64,000 nucleotides of DNA, from the NCBI GenBank assembly GCA_964588985.1, contig CAZPQW010000016.1, forward strand, positions 15,452 through 79,451, in the 5' to 3' direction. The translations under genes and the position numbers were made by a program. This stretch comes from an uncultured Solirubrobacteraceae bacterium (GTDB lineage Bacteria; Actinomycetota; Thermoleophilia; Solirubrobacterales; Solirubrobacteraceae). Below, piece after piece: positions 18,668 to 28,109 of this stretch (positions within the stretch are counted from its first letter, which is position 1; every line of letters starts with the position of its first letter). Below the pieces are notes generated by a model. It saw nothing but the letters and a program-made list of their open reading frames with translations, searched no databases and was not told the DNA's origin.

Positions 18668-19918
18668 TCACCCCTCCCGCGCCAGCGCCAGCACCCTCCG
18701 CACAGCGTCGAACAGCGGCGCCGGCATCCGCTCGGGCGGCAGCGAGCGCAGACGTCGCCACGCGTGCTCGGGCTTGTGGTGGTGGCCGACGAGCCCCGCT
18801 GCGCCCTCGAAGTCGGGGATCAGCATCACCGTGTGCTCCGGTCCGGCGAGCTTCGCGATCCTCGCGTTGAGGCCGCGCATCGAGGCGCTCGGGCGTCGGC
18901 CGGTGGGCGCGTCGCGGTCGTAGACGGCCACGAACGGCACGCGCGCCGCCCTGCACACGCGAGCGAACAGCGGGATGTTCGACTTGCCGCCGCAAGCCAC
19001 GATCGAGATCCCCTCGCGGTCGGGGTCGGCTCCGAGCGCGTCGAACACGAACGGGAACGCGAGCTTCTCCGTCTGCCCCTCCACCAGCAGCGCCGCGCGC
19101 GCGAGGAACAGCTCGCTGCGCTCCGCGTCGAACTCGCTCAGCACGCGGAAGTCCTCGTCCGGTGTGATCGGGTGCGGCTGCATGATCGTGGTGCCGCTCG
19201 AGGGGTGGCGCTGCACGAGCGCGAGCTCCTCCAGGCGCGCCACGTTGAGGAAGCTCGGCGAGTGCGTCGAGTAGATCACCTGGCTGCCGGCGTCCGCAAA
19301 GCGACGCAGCAGCCGATAGAGGTAGCGCTGCGCCTGCGGGCGCAGATACAGCTCGGGCTCCTCGATCAGCAGCACCAGGCCGCACAGGCCGGAATCGCAC
19401 GACGCCGCTATCGCGTTCACAAGCGACATCGCCGGCGCGGTCGCCCCGTCCCCATCGACGCCGAGCTGCTCTGTCATCTCCCGGGCGAGGCTCTCGACCG
19501 CCGGATCCGCGCCCTCGAGCCCGCCCGCCGACGCAAGCACCGCACCCGTCCGCAGCTCGCCCGGCAGGAACGCCACCGGAGGGCGCGCGCCGCCGTCGAG
19601 CCGCGCGATGTCCGGCGGACGCGACGTGAGCGACAGCTCGCCGCCTCCGACGAGGGTCCCGTCGATCGCGATCTCTCCCGCGCCGCCGGCGAACGTGTCC
19701 TCCACGCCGAGCGCCCTCACCGTCGGATCGAGCAGCGCACGGATCGCGAGCAGCAGGTTCGACTTGCCCGCGTTCGCTTCACCCACGAGCGCGCACAACC
19801 GACCGGGCGCGATCGACACGTCGAGGGCCGAGCGAAAGCCGCGCACGCGCAGCCGCTGCAGGCCGAACTCCGCGCGCCCCTCCTCCGCAGTCGGCTCCTC
19901 CTCGGACACGTCGTCCAC
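18668..19918 (-). CDS. OLD-family ATP-dependent nuclease (ABC ATPase + TOPRIM), compact
   Basis: GFRS, GEANAGKSN, IEEPELYLRPQ, STHSP, LVEGQTE, GGK, DRD. GTG start inferred. Confidence 0.88.
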   Translation of the reverse strand: MDDVSEEEPTAEEGRAEFGLQRLRVRGFRSALDVSIAPGRLCALVGEANAGKSNLLLAIRALLDPTVRALGVEDTFAGGAGEIAIDGTLVGGGELSLTSRPPDIARLDGGARPPVAFLPGELRTGAVLASAGGLEGADPAVESLAREMTEQLGVDGDGATAPAMSLVNAIAASCDSGLCGLVLLIEEPELYLRPQAQRYLYRLLRRFADAGSQVIYSTHSPSFLNVARLEELALVQRHPSSGTTIMQPHPITPDEDFRVLSEFDAERSELFLARAALLVEGQTEKLAFPFVFDALGADPDREGISIVACGGKSNIPLFARVCRAARVPFVAVYDRDAPTGRRPSASMRGLNARIAKLAGPEHTVMLIPDFEGAAGLVGHHHKPEHAWRRLRSLPPERMPAPLFDAVRRVLALAREG

Positions 19919-19938
19919 CGGGATGCCGATCCGCCGAG

Positions 19939-21159
19939 CTAACCCTCGGAGGTGGCGATGTTCTCGAACACCGCCGCCATCCCCTGCCCCCCGCCGATGC
20001 ACATCGTCTCGAGGCCATAGCGCGCGCCGCGCCGCGCGAGCTCGCGCAGCAGCGTCGTCATGATCCGCCCGCCGGTCGCGCCGATCGGGTGCCCGAGCGA
20101 GATACCCGAGCCGTGCACGTTGACGCGCTCGAGGCCGTCGGGCAGGTCCCACTCGCGCAGCACCGCGAGCGCCTGCGCGGCGAACGCCTCGTTGAGCTCG
20201 ATCAGGCCCATGTCCGCCATCGTCAGGCCCGCACGCTCGAGCGCACGCCTGCTCGCGGGCACCGGGCCGATGCCCATCGTCTCCGGCGCCACGCCTGCCG
20301 CGGCCCACGACACGAGGCGCGCGAACGGCTTCAGTCCCATCTCGGCGGCCTTCTCGGGGTGCGTGACGATGCACACCGCCGCGCCGTCGTTCTGGCCGCT
20401 CGCGTTGCCCGCCGTGACGGTCGCTTCGGGGTCGGTGCGGCCCATGATCGGGCGCAGCTCGCCGAGACGCTCGAGCGTGGTGTCCGCGCGCGGGTGCTCG
20501 TCGCGGTCGATCAGCCTCTCCTCCTTGCGGCTCTTCACCAGCACCGGCACGATCTCCTGTGCGAAAGTGCCGTCCTCCTGCGCGGCCACCGCTAGTTGGT
20601 GCGAGCGCAGCGCGAACTCGTCCTGCTCGGCACGCGGGATCGAGTACTGGCGGCGCAGGTTCTCCGCCGTTTCGATCATGCCGCCTGGCATCGGGTGGTT
20701 TATGCCCCCGGCGGTGATGCGTCCACGCACGAGGCGATCCGCGAGCATCACACCGCCGCCCTTCACGCCCCAGCGCATGCCCGTGGCGTAGAACTCCGCC
20801 TGGCTCATGCTCTCCGCGCCGCCCGCCAGCACCAGGTCGGCCGCGCCCGTCTGGACCTCCATGCAGCCGAGCATCAGCGCCTGCAGGCCAGCGCCGCAGC
20901 GTCGGTCGACCTGCATCCCCGGAACCTCGATCGGCAGGCCCGCGTCGAGCGCCGCGATCCGGCCGAGCGCGGAGGCCTCCCCGTTTGGGTAGCCCTGGCC
21001 GAGGATCACGTCGTCGATCTCGCCCGTCGGCAGCGACGTCCGCGCGACCAGCTCGCGGATTACGGTGGCCGCCAGTTCCGTGACCGTCACGTCGCGGAAC
21101 ATGCCGCCGAAGCCGCCCACAGCGGTCCTCAACGGTTCGCAGATCACGGCTTCGCGCAT
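19939..21159 (-). CDS. Acetyl-CoA C-acyltransferase (thiolase)
   Basis: DRRCGAG, NEAFA, GHPIGATG, CIGGGQG. Confidence 0.96.
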   Translation of the reverse strand: MREAVICEPLRTAVGGFGGMFRDVTVTELAATVIRELVARTSLPTGEIDDVILGQGYPNGEASALGRIAALDAGLPIEVPGMQVDRRCGAGLQALMLGCMEVQTGAADLVLAGGAESMSQAEFYATGMRWGVKGGGVMLADRLVRGRITAGGINHPMPGGMIETAENLRRQYSIPRAEQDEFALRSHQLAVAAQEDGTFAQEIVPVLVKSRKEERLIDRDEHPRADTTLERLGELRPIMGRTDPEATVTAGNASGQNDGAAVCIVTHPEKAAEMGLKPFARLVSWAAAGVAPETMGIGPVPASRRALERAGLTMADMGLIELNEAFAAQALAVLREWDLPDGLERVNVHGSGISLGHPIGATGGRIMTTLLRELARRGARYGLETMCIGGGQGMAAVFENIATSEG

Positions 21160-21170
21160 CGCCGCGGAGC

Positions 21171-21998
21171 CTACAGCGAGATCTGAACCCGCCGGGGCCC
21201 GGTCGGGATCGCCGACTTCGGCGGCTTCGCGCCTTTCCCCGACCCGGACGTACCGCCGGCGTTCGCTCGTGCGACGAGCAGCGAGAACAGCTCCTGCTCG
21301 GCGCTCGCGGGGAACGGCACGGGCAGCCCGAAGCTCAGCATTTGCACCTCGTCCTGGCCGTGGGTGAAGCCCACCATCTCGATGTAGAAGGGAACTTTCA
21401 CTTCGTGAAGCGCGAACGCGCCCGTGATGCGCCACGCGAAAGTGCCGGACGTGCCTGCCGCGGACGGCGTTCCGCTGCTGATCGACACGAGCTTCGCGCT
21501 CGCGCCGCCCTGTGTCTGCTTCGCGAGCAGCTCGCGCATGAAGCTCATCAGGCACACGCGCGCGTGGGCGCTGCGAATCGCCTTGAGTTCAGCGGTCGCC
21601 TGTGCGGGCGTCGCGACGATCGTGACGGACGAGCTCACTGTCAGGTGGAGGACCTGGGCGTGGTGTTCGAAGCTCTTCGAGCTCGCTTCGGCCAGCGCGT
21701 CGCTCGCGGCCTGCTCGCCCATGCAGCGCGCGAGCTTGTGTTCCAACTTCTTTTCGACCAGCGTGTCGTGTTCGTGTGCGCGCGCTGCCGTGAAGCCCGG
21801 GAGGTCGCTCGCCTGCAGGTTCAGCGTGACTGCGAGCCTCCGGGCGCGTGCTCGCGTCAGCCCCAGCTTGACGTGCGTGGAGGAACCGGAGACCGTCTTC
21901 GCGCCGCCGAAGTGCGCGCTCTTGCCGCACGCGACGAGGAGAGCTGCGGCTGCGAGCAGCAGGAGGATGACGGCCGTTCGGCGCAAGCTCAGACGCAT
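21171..21998 (-). CDS. Putative lipoprotein
   Basis: Lipobox LVAC after a hydrophobic stretch. Confidence 0.75.
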   Translation of the reverse strand: MRLSLRRTAVILLLLAAAALLVACGKSAHFGGAKTVSGSSTHVKLGLTRARARRLAVTLNLQASDLPGFTAARAHEHDTLVEKKLEHKLARCMGEQAASDALAEASSKSFEHHAQVLHLTVSSSVTIVATPAQATAELKAIRSAHARVCLMSFMRELLAKQTQGGASAKLVSISSGTPSAAGTSGTFAWRITGAFALHEVKVPFYIEMVGFTHGQDEVQMLSFGLPVPFPASAEQELFSLLVARANAGGTSGSGKGAKPPKSAIPTGPRRVQISL

Positions 21999-22852
21999 AG
22001 CTCTCCGCGCCCGACGACCACGGCCGACCCGCCCACCTCGACCCTGTCGATCCGCTCGCCGTCGCCCTCGGCCCACGCGTACAGCAGCGACGGGCGGCCG
22101 ACCTCGACGCCCTGGCTGATCTCGATCTCCTCCCCGGAAACGATCCGTCCGTGGCGGTAGAGGTGCACAGCCAACGGGCCCGCGGCGGAGCCAGTGGCGG
22201 GGTCCTCGCCCACACCGAGCGCGGGCGCGAACATGCGCGTCTTCCAGTGCTTGCCAGCCCCGGCGAAGCAGTTTGCCTCCACCTGGCCCAGCCTCGCCAA
22301 CGCGCCGAGGTTCGGGGCAAGCGCGGAGACCGCATCACGGCTGTCGAGCTCCACGTAGACGTGGCGGGGCCCGTTGCAGTAGACCTCCACCGGCAGGCCC
22401 GAGCGCTCCACGCCGAGCGCCGCGAGCAGCGCCGTCTCGTGCGCGAACGCCTCCCACGTGGGGATCGGCTGGACCATCCAGCCGGAGGCCACGCGATCCC
22501 CGTCCTCCCCCAGGCGCAGGCGCACGGGCACCAACCCGCCGGTCGTCTCGAGCGTGACGGTGTCCTGCCCGAGCGCCCGTCCGAGCACGATCGCGCAGCC
22601 GAGCACCGGGTGTCCCGCGAAAGGCAGCTCGCCGCCCGGCGTGAAGATGCGCACGCGCGCGTCGCCGTCTCCCTCGGCGGGGAACACGAACACGCTCTCC
22701 GACAGGTTCAGCTCGCGCGCGACACGCTGCATCCGCTCCTCGCTCACGCCGCGAGCGTCTGTGAACACCGCCAGCTGGTTGCCCTGCAGGGGCGTGTCGG
22801 TGAACACGTCCAGCAGGACGTATTCGAGCGGGCTACGCACTCGCGCGGCCAC
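21989..22852 (-). CDS. PhzF family isomerase
   Basis: DVFT..GNQLAV, LSESVF, ELPFAGHP, EDPATGSA. Confidence 0.94.
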   Translation of the reverse strand: MAARVRSPLEYVLLDVFTDTPLQGNQLAVFTDARGVSEERMQRVARELNLSESVFVFPAEGDGDARVRIFTPGGELPFAGHPVLGCAIVLGRALGQDTVTLETTGGLVPVRLRLGEDGDRVASGWMVQPIPTWEAFAHETALLAALGVERSGLPVEVYCNGPRHVYVELDSRDAVSALAPNLGALARLGQVEANCFAGAGKHWKTRMFAPALGVGEDPATGSAAGPLAVHLYRHGRIVSGEEIEISQGVEVGRPSLLYAWAEGDGERIDRVEVGGSAVVVGRGELCV

Positions 22853-23639
22853 GCATCAGCTGCTTGTACGCGTCGGCCACGAGCGGGATGCGCAGGCGCG
22901 GCGCGCGGCGCATGACCCAGAACGCGGCGCGCAGGTGAGGACGGTCGACGACCACCACGGGGCCACCCTTCTCGGTCGCACGCACGATCGCGCGTGCGAC
23001 GTGGTCCGCGGACATCGCCTTCTCGGGCACGACGCCGCCGGTCGGTCCCCAGCGGTGCTCTTCCTCGAGCTGATCCGTCGCCACGTCGCCCGGGCACACC
23101 ACCGTGGCGCTCACGCCGCTGCCGGCGAGCTCGTGCGCGAGCACCTCACCGAGGCCGACCATGCCCCACTTGCTCGAGCAGTAGGACGCGTAGGAGGGTC
23201 CTCCGATCAGACCCAGCTCGGATGAGACGAGCACGATCCGCCCGCCGCGGCGCTCGCGCATGCTCGGGAGCACGCTCTGGGCGAGCCAGATCGCGGCTCC
23301 CACGTGCAGGCGGTAGCTCTGCTCGAAGTCGGCGGGCGTCACGTCCTCGACGAAGTCGCGCCGCAGCACCCCGGCGCAGCTGATCAGCGCGTCGATCGGC
23401 CCGAGCGCCGCGCTCACCTCCGCGACCGCGCGTGAGCACTCGGCGGGGTCGGTGAGGTCGGCGGCGACCACGTGGCGCTCGCCCTCGAATCCGGCGGCGA
23501 TCTCGGCGAGCAGCCCGGCGTTGCTCGCCACCAGCCCCACCTTGGCTCCTAGCGAGGCGAAGCGCTGCGCGGTCGCGAGGCCGATGCCGCGCGAAGCGCC
23601 GGTCACGAGGACGGTCTTGCCTGCGAAGCTCGCGCTCAT
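22833..23639 (-). CDS. SDR family oxidoreductase
   Basis: TGASRGIG, YCSSK. Confidence 0.93.
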   Translation of the reverse strand: MSASFAGKTVLVTGASRGIGLATAQRFASLGAKVGLVASNAGLLAEIAAGFEGERHVVAADLTDPAECSRAVAEVSAALGPIDALISCAGVLRRDFVEDVTPADFEQSYRLHVGAAIWLAQSVLPSMRERRGGRIVLVSSELGLIGGPSYASYCSSKWGMVGLGEVLAHELAGSGVSATVVCPGDVATDQLEEEHRWGPTGGVVPEKAMSADHVARAIVRATEKGGPVVVVDRPHLRAAFWVMRRAPRLRIPLVADAYKQLMRGRASA

Positions 23640-23684
23640 GGGGCGGAACCTTAGTCCGCGCGCTTGCCGCTAGCGTTTGCGCCC

Positions 23685-24431
23685 ATGACCGAGGGCAAAG
23701 GCAGGGTGAGACTGCGTCAGGCGGTGCTCGTGGCGGGAGAGCTCGAGCCGGCGGCCGCGGCGCTGCGCTCGACGTTGCACCTGGGCGAGCCCTACCGCGA
23801 CCCGGGCGTCGGCGCGTTCGGGCTTCAGAACGTGGTGTTCGCGCTCGGCGACCGCTTCCTGGAGATCGTCTCGCCGATCGCTGAGAACACCACCGCCGGC
23901 CGGTACCTGCAGCGCCACGGCGGAGACGGCGGCTACATGGTGATCTTCGACATCGAGGACCAGGAAGACTTCGAGGGGACGCGATCGCGCGCGCTCGCGC
24001 TCGGAGTGCGCGTGGTGTTCGAGATCGCCCTGGAGGACATCGCGACGGTCCATCTCCACCCCGCCGACATGCGTGGCGCGATCGTCTCGCTCGATCGCTC
24101 GGACCCCTACGGCAGCTGGCGTTGGGGCGGCCCGGACTGGACGGGACAGATCGGGACAGGCGCTGAGGGGCGGCTGGTCGGCGTCACCATCGCCGTGGAC
24201 GATCCGTCTGCAGTCGCGGCGCGCTGGGCGAAGGTGCTGGGCGTGGCGATGAGCGACATAGAGCTACCGACGCTGCTCCTGGACGAGGGCGAGGTTCGCT
24301 TCGAGAGCGCCACCGACGAGCAGTCCGAAGGACTGGCCGAGATCGCGGTGTCGATCCCGTTCGAGCTGCCCGGCGGAGCCGAGACGGTGGAGCTAGGCGG
24401 GGTGCGGCTGCGACGCGTTGTGGAGGCCTGA
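23685..24431 (+). CDS. VOC/glyoxalase-like protein
   Basis: RLRQAVLVA, FGLQN, FLEIVSP, GGDGGYMVI, HLHPAD. Confidence 0.8.
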   Translation: MTEGKGRVRLRQAVLVAGELEPAAAALRSTLHLGEPYRDPGVGAFGLQNVVFALGDRFLEIVSPIAENTTAGRYLQRHGGDGGYMVIFDIEDQEDFEGTRSRALALGVRVVFEIALEDIATVHLHPADMRGAIVSLDRSDPYGSWRWGGPDWTGQIGTGAEGRLVGVTIAVDDPSAVAARWAKVLGVAMSDIELPTLLLDEGEVRFESATDEQSEGLAEIAVSIPFELPGGAETVELGGVRLRRVVEA

Positions 24432-26015
24432 GACTTCGGGCATCGCAGGCACGGAGGTGGGCGCAAGACGGGCTTCGCGGCGGGCGGCGAGCTCGACCAT
24501 GAACGCGTCGACCACGCGCGGGTCGAACTGGCTGCCGGCGCACTCGAGCAGCTCGTGCACCGCTTCGGCTTCGGTCTTCGCTTCGCCGAACGGGCGCGCC
24601 GCGATCATCGCGTCGAACGAATCGCACACGAACACGATGCGCGCCGCGAGCGGGATCTCCTCGCCGGCGAGACCGTGCGGGTAGCCGCTGCCGTCGAAGC
24701 GCTCATGAGTCGCGCCCACGATCTCCGCGACGTGCGCGAGCGCGGGGGCGGCGCCGAGGATGCTCGCGCCGATCGTCGGGTGGCGGCGCATCAGGTCCCA
24801 GTCGTGGCCGTCCAAGGGGCCGGCCTTGTGCAGCACCGTGTACGGGATCGCCATCTTGCCGATGTCGTGCAGCTCGGCCGCGCGGACGGTGTTCAGGAGG
24901 TCCCCTCCGGTGAGCCCCAGGCGGCGAGCCACGCCGTCTGTGAGCTCGGCCACGTGGGAAGAGTGTTCGTGCAGTCCGGGCTCGTGGGCGGCGAGGATCT
25001 GGAGCGCGAGGTCGCGGGTCTGCGTGACGGCGCTCGCGCGGCTGGATTCCTTGCACGCGTACATGCGCTCGTCCGCGAGCTGCAGCGCCATGTCGGGGCC
25101 GGAGGCCTCCTCGGGGAGCATCACCGACCCGTGTGAGCTGGTGATCGAGAACCCCTCGCCGTCCTCCGCGAGGGCGAGGGTGCAGGCCTCGACCATATCC
25201 TCGCCGCACTCGCCCCACAGCAGCGCGCAGAACTCGTCGCCGCCGAGGCGGTATGCGCGCCCGTCGGCGCCCACGGCGTGCTTGAGAGCGCGCGAGACGC
25301 GGCCGAGCAGCAGGTCGCCGCCGAGGTGGCCAAACGTGTCGTTGTAAGCCTTGAAACCGTCGAGGTCGAACATCAGCAGCCGCACCGTCTTGCCCTCGTT
25401 GGTGACGTGCCAGATGCCCGCGAGATCCTCGGCGAGCTGGCGACGGTTGGCCAGTCCGGTCAGCGGGTCTATCGTCGCCTCGCCGCGCTGGTGGAGTTCG
25501 GCGGTCTCAAGGGCCCACACGATCGACACCACCGCCACGAGCAGGGCGAGCGTGGTCATCACGGGCACGGGGTTCTTGAGCGTCTCGCCGGGGTCGAGCC
25601 CGAGCGTGACGACGAGGATCACCGCGACGGTCAGGGCGAGGCCCGCGATCACCACCTGCGGGCGAAAGCGCGCCGCGACCATGCCGGCCGGCAGGACGAG
25701 CCACGGAAGCGCGGGACTCTTGGGGCCGCCGCTCAGGACGACGCCCGCGGCGAGCAGCGCCATCGTCATGAGGATCGCGCTCATGCTCACACGCTCCGGG
25801 TGGTCGCTCGCGGCCATGCGGCGGTCGATGCTCAGGAAGTTCAGCGCGGACAGGCCGAACAGGACCAGCGTCCACCAGCCAAGCCAGGGCGTGGCGAGCA
25901 CGAGGGTGACGCCCACCGCTCCCGATCCGACCTTGCGGATCATGCTCACGCGGCTGTTCGCGTCGGCGACGCGCGCGCGGTCCATCTCGGTGGGGCAGAG
26001 CCAGCTTTCCGACAT
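24393..26015 (-). CDS. Membrane GGDEF + HD-GYP bifunctional c-di-GMP enzyme
   Basis: TM region; DPLTGLANRR, RLGGDEF, LHDIGK, HERFDGSGYP. Confidence 0.94.
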   Translation of the reverse strand: MSESWLCPTEMDRARVADANSRVSMIRKVGSGAVGVTLVLATPWLGWWTLVLFGLSALNFLSIDRRMAASDHPERVSMSAILMTMALLAAGVVLSGGPKSPALPWLVLPAGMVAARFRPQVVIAGLALTVAVILVVTLGLDPGETLKNPVPVMTTLALLVAVVSIVWALETAELHQRGEATIDPLTGLANRRQLAEDLAGIWHVTNEGKTVRLLMFDLDGFKAYNDTFGHLGGDLLLGRVSRALKHAVGADGRAYRLGGDEFCALLWGECGEDMVEACTLALAEDGEGFSITSSHGSVMLPEEASGPDMALQLADERMYACKESSRASAVTQTRDLALQILAAHEPGLHEHSSHVAELTDGVARRLGLTGGDLLNTVRAAELHDIGKMAIPYTVLHKAGPLDGHDWDLMRRHPTIGASILGAAPALAHVAEIVGATHERFDGSGYPHGLAGEEIPLAARIVFVCDSFDAMIAARPFGEAKTEAEAVHELLECAGSQFDPRVVDAFMVELAARREARLAPTSVPAMPEVSGLHNASQPHPA

Positions 26016-26124
26016 TGCACCCCCACCGTCGTCCGCCGGAGGGCATTGCTTGAAGGGCGCTAAGCGGCTGCACAAAAAATCTCAACGCTTACTTCGGAAG
26101 ATACGAACAGGACGAATACGCCGT

Positions 26125-26382
26125 CTAACGGGACCTCAACTTCGTGGGCGAGAGGTCCGGGTAGGAACTCATGGAGATCCGACGCGCGACCCGTCCGCTA
26201 TCGACGTCGGCGAGGTAGTAGAGGACGGAGAACGCGACGAGCTCCTCGACGCTCACGCCCAGGCGTGCGCTTTCCTCCCGCACCGCCTCCCACGCGAACA
26301 CGTCCATCGGCAGGTTGAGGCTGCGATCCGCATCGGCCTCCACCGCCTGCTCTGCGCCCACAGCCGCCCTCGATTGGATCAC
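26125..26382 (-). CDS. Small hypothetical protein (possibly RHH-like)
   Basis: AWEAVREESARLGVSVEELV helix pattern. Confidence 0.55.
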   Translation of the reverse strand: MIQSRAAVGAEQAVEADADRSLNLPMDVFAWEAVREESARLGVSVEELVAFSVLYYLADVDSGRVARRISMSSYPDLSPTKLRSR

Positions 26383-26504
26383 GCCACACTTCTACTCAAC
26401 GGGAGACGTCCGTCGATGTTCACGCGCGCGCGGACCAAAAAAGGCTGAACTTTGCTCGCGCGAGGTGCGTTTCCGCGCACCGCCGTTCGGGTACGGTCAA
26501 CAAC

Positions 26505-27494
26505 ATGAACCTCAACCCCCTCCGCCGCTCGCGGCCCACGCTCCCCGCCCCTCGCGCGCTGCTCACGCTCGCGCTCACCCTCGCCGCGATCGGCGCGGTC
26601 GTATCCGGGGTGGAGGCGGCCACGCCACCTGCACCGAGCGCGAGCACGGGGGGCACCTCGGGCGTGAGCTATTCGGCGGCGACGCTCCACGGGTACGTCA
26701 ACCCGCACGGCCAGGCCACCGACTACGTCTTCCAGTACGGCACCACCCGCGCATACGGCTCGCAGACCCCCCTCGCCCCCGCCGGGAGCGGCACGAGCAG
26801 CATCCAGGTGACCCAGGCGGTGAGCGGGCTGCAGCCGCTGAAGACCTACCACTACCGCATCCTCGCCACCGGCCCGGGCGGAGCGACGGCCGGCGGCGAC
26901 CGCACGTTCACGACGCCGAAGATCCCGCTGTCGGTGGCGATCGTTGGCGTGCCCAACCCGGTGGTGTACGGAAGCACGGCGTTCGTCGAGGGAACGCTGT
27001 CCGGGACCGAAGGAGCCAATCATCTGGTCCAGCTCGAAGCCAACCCCTTTCCTTATGTGAGCGGCTTCAAGGTCGTGGGCAACGCCGAGCGCACGAACAC
27101 CGCCGGCGGCTTCTCCTTCGCGCTTCCGGGGCTGCTGGAGAACGCGCAGATCCGCGTGGTGACGCTGGGCAAGCCGCTCGTGTCGAGCCCTGTGCTCATC
27201 GAGGGCGTCGCGGTGCGGGTGACCCTGCACGCGCGCGCGACGAGACGCCGCGGCTTCGCGCGGCTGTACGGGACGGTCACGCCCGCCGAGGCCGGCGCGC
27301 TGGTTGGCTTCCAGCTGCTGAAGCCGGGGCACCGCTCGGTCAACGTCGGCGGCACCGTCGTCAAGCAGGGCACGAGCGCCGTCTCGAGCTTCAGTCGCGT
27401 GGTGCGTGTGCACCGAGGCCTGTACAAGGCGCTGATCAAGGTCTTCGACGGCGCCCACGTGGCGGGCTACAGCGCTCCTGTGCTAATCCGTTAG
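26505..27494 (+). CDS. Secreted protein with FN3-like domain
   Basis: Signal peptide; ATLHGYVNPHG..Y.FQYGTT..YG...GL.P.KTYHYRI.A. Confidence 0.82.
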   Translation: MNLNPLRRSRPTLPAPRALLTLALTLAAIGAVVSGVEAATPPAPSASTGGTSGVSYSAATLHGYVNPHGQATDYVFQYGTTRAYGSQTPLAPAGSGTSSIQVTQAVSGLQPLKTYHYRILATGPGGATAGGDRTFTTPKIPLSVAIVGVPNPVVYGSTAFVEGTLSGTEGANHLVQLEANPFPYVSGFKVVGNAERTNTAGGFSFALPGLLENAQIRVVTLGKPLVSSPVLIEGVAVRVTLHARATRRRGFARLYGTVTPAEAGALVGFQLLKPGHRSVNVGGTVVKQGTSAVSSFSRVVRVHRGLYKALIKVFDGAHVAGYSAPVLIR

Positions 27495-27496
27495 GC

Positions 27497-27988
27497 GTGC
27501 GGAGAGCGCTGGAGTGGCTGGTTCCGGCGGAGAACCCGTCGGGAGCGATCTACGGCGCGATCGTGATCGGCGCGCTGCTCGCGGCTGAGAGCGGCCGCCA
27601 CGAGAGCTACGTCGGCACGATCGGCTCGGCCGCGATCGCGACCGCGCTGTACTGGCTCGCGCACGCCTACGCGAGCGTGCTCGGACGCCGTCTGGCGACC
27701 CACGAGCGCCTCACCGCGGGCGCACTCGTGCGCGCGCTGGGCCACGACTGGGCGCTCGTCCGCGGCGCGGCGGTGCCGCTGGTCGCGCTCGTGGCCTCCT
27801 GGATCGCGGGCGCCGCGCAGGAGACGGCCGTGAACGTGGCGCTGTGGAGCACCGTCGCGAGCCTGCTCGCCTTCGAGGCGATCGCTGGCATTCGCTCGCA
27901 TGCGAAGCCGGGGGAGCTGGTGCTCGAGATGAGCGTGGGGGTCACGATGGGCGTCGCGATCCTCGCGCTGAAGATCGTCCTGCACTAA
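27497..27988 (+). CDS. Integral membrane protein
   Basis: AIYGAIV...YWLAHAYA; about five TM segments. Confidence 0.8.
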   Translation: MRRALEWLVPAENPSGAIYGAIVIGALLAAESGRHESYVGTIGSAAIATALYWLAHAYASVLGRRLATHERLTAGALVRALGHDWALVRGAAVPLVALVASWIAGAAQETAVNVALWSTVASLLAFEAIAGIRSHAKPGELVLEMSVGVTMGVAILALKIVLH

Positions 27989-28109
27989 ACAGCCCATTCT
28001 GCGGAACGAATTGGCTGTAGACAAAAAACCGCTGACATGGAATGATCTGTGATCGTCGGATCGTTTGACAAACGTCGTCCGGCTGGAAAGATCGATTCGG
28101 GGAGGTCGA

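Noticed and set aside
18668-19918. Gabija system
   Set aside because: No UvrD-like GajB partner nearby.
21989-22852. Phenazine biosynthesis cluster
   Set aside because: Lone PhzF-family gene without other phz genes.
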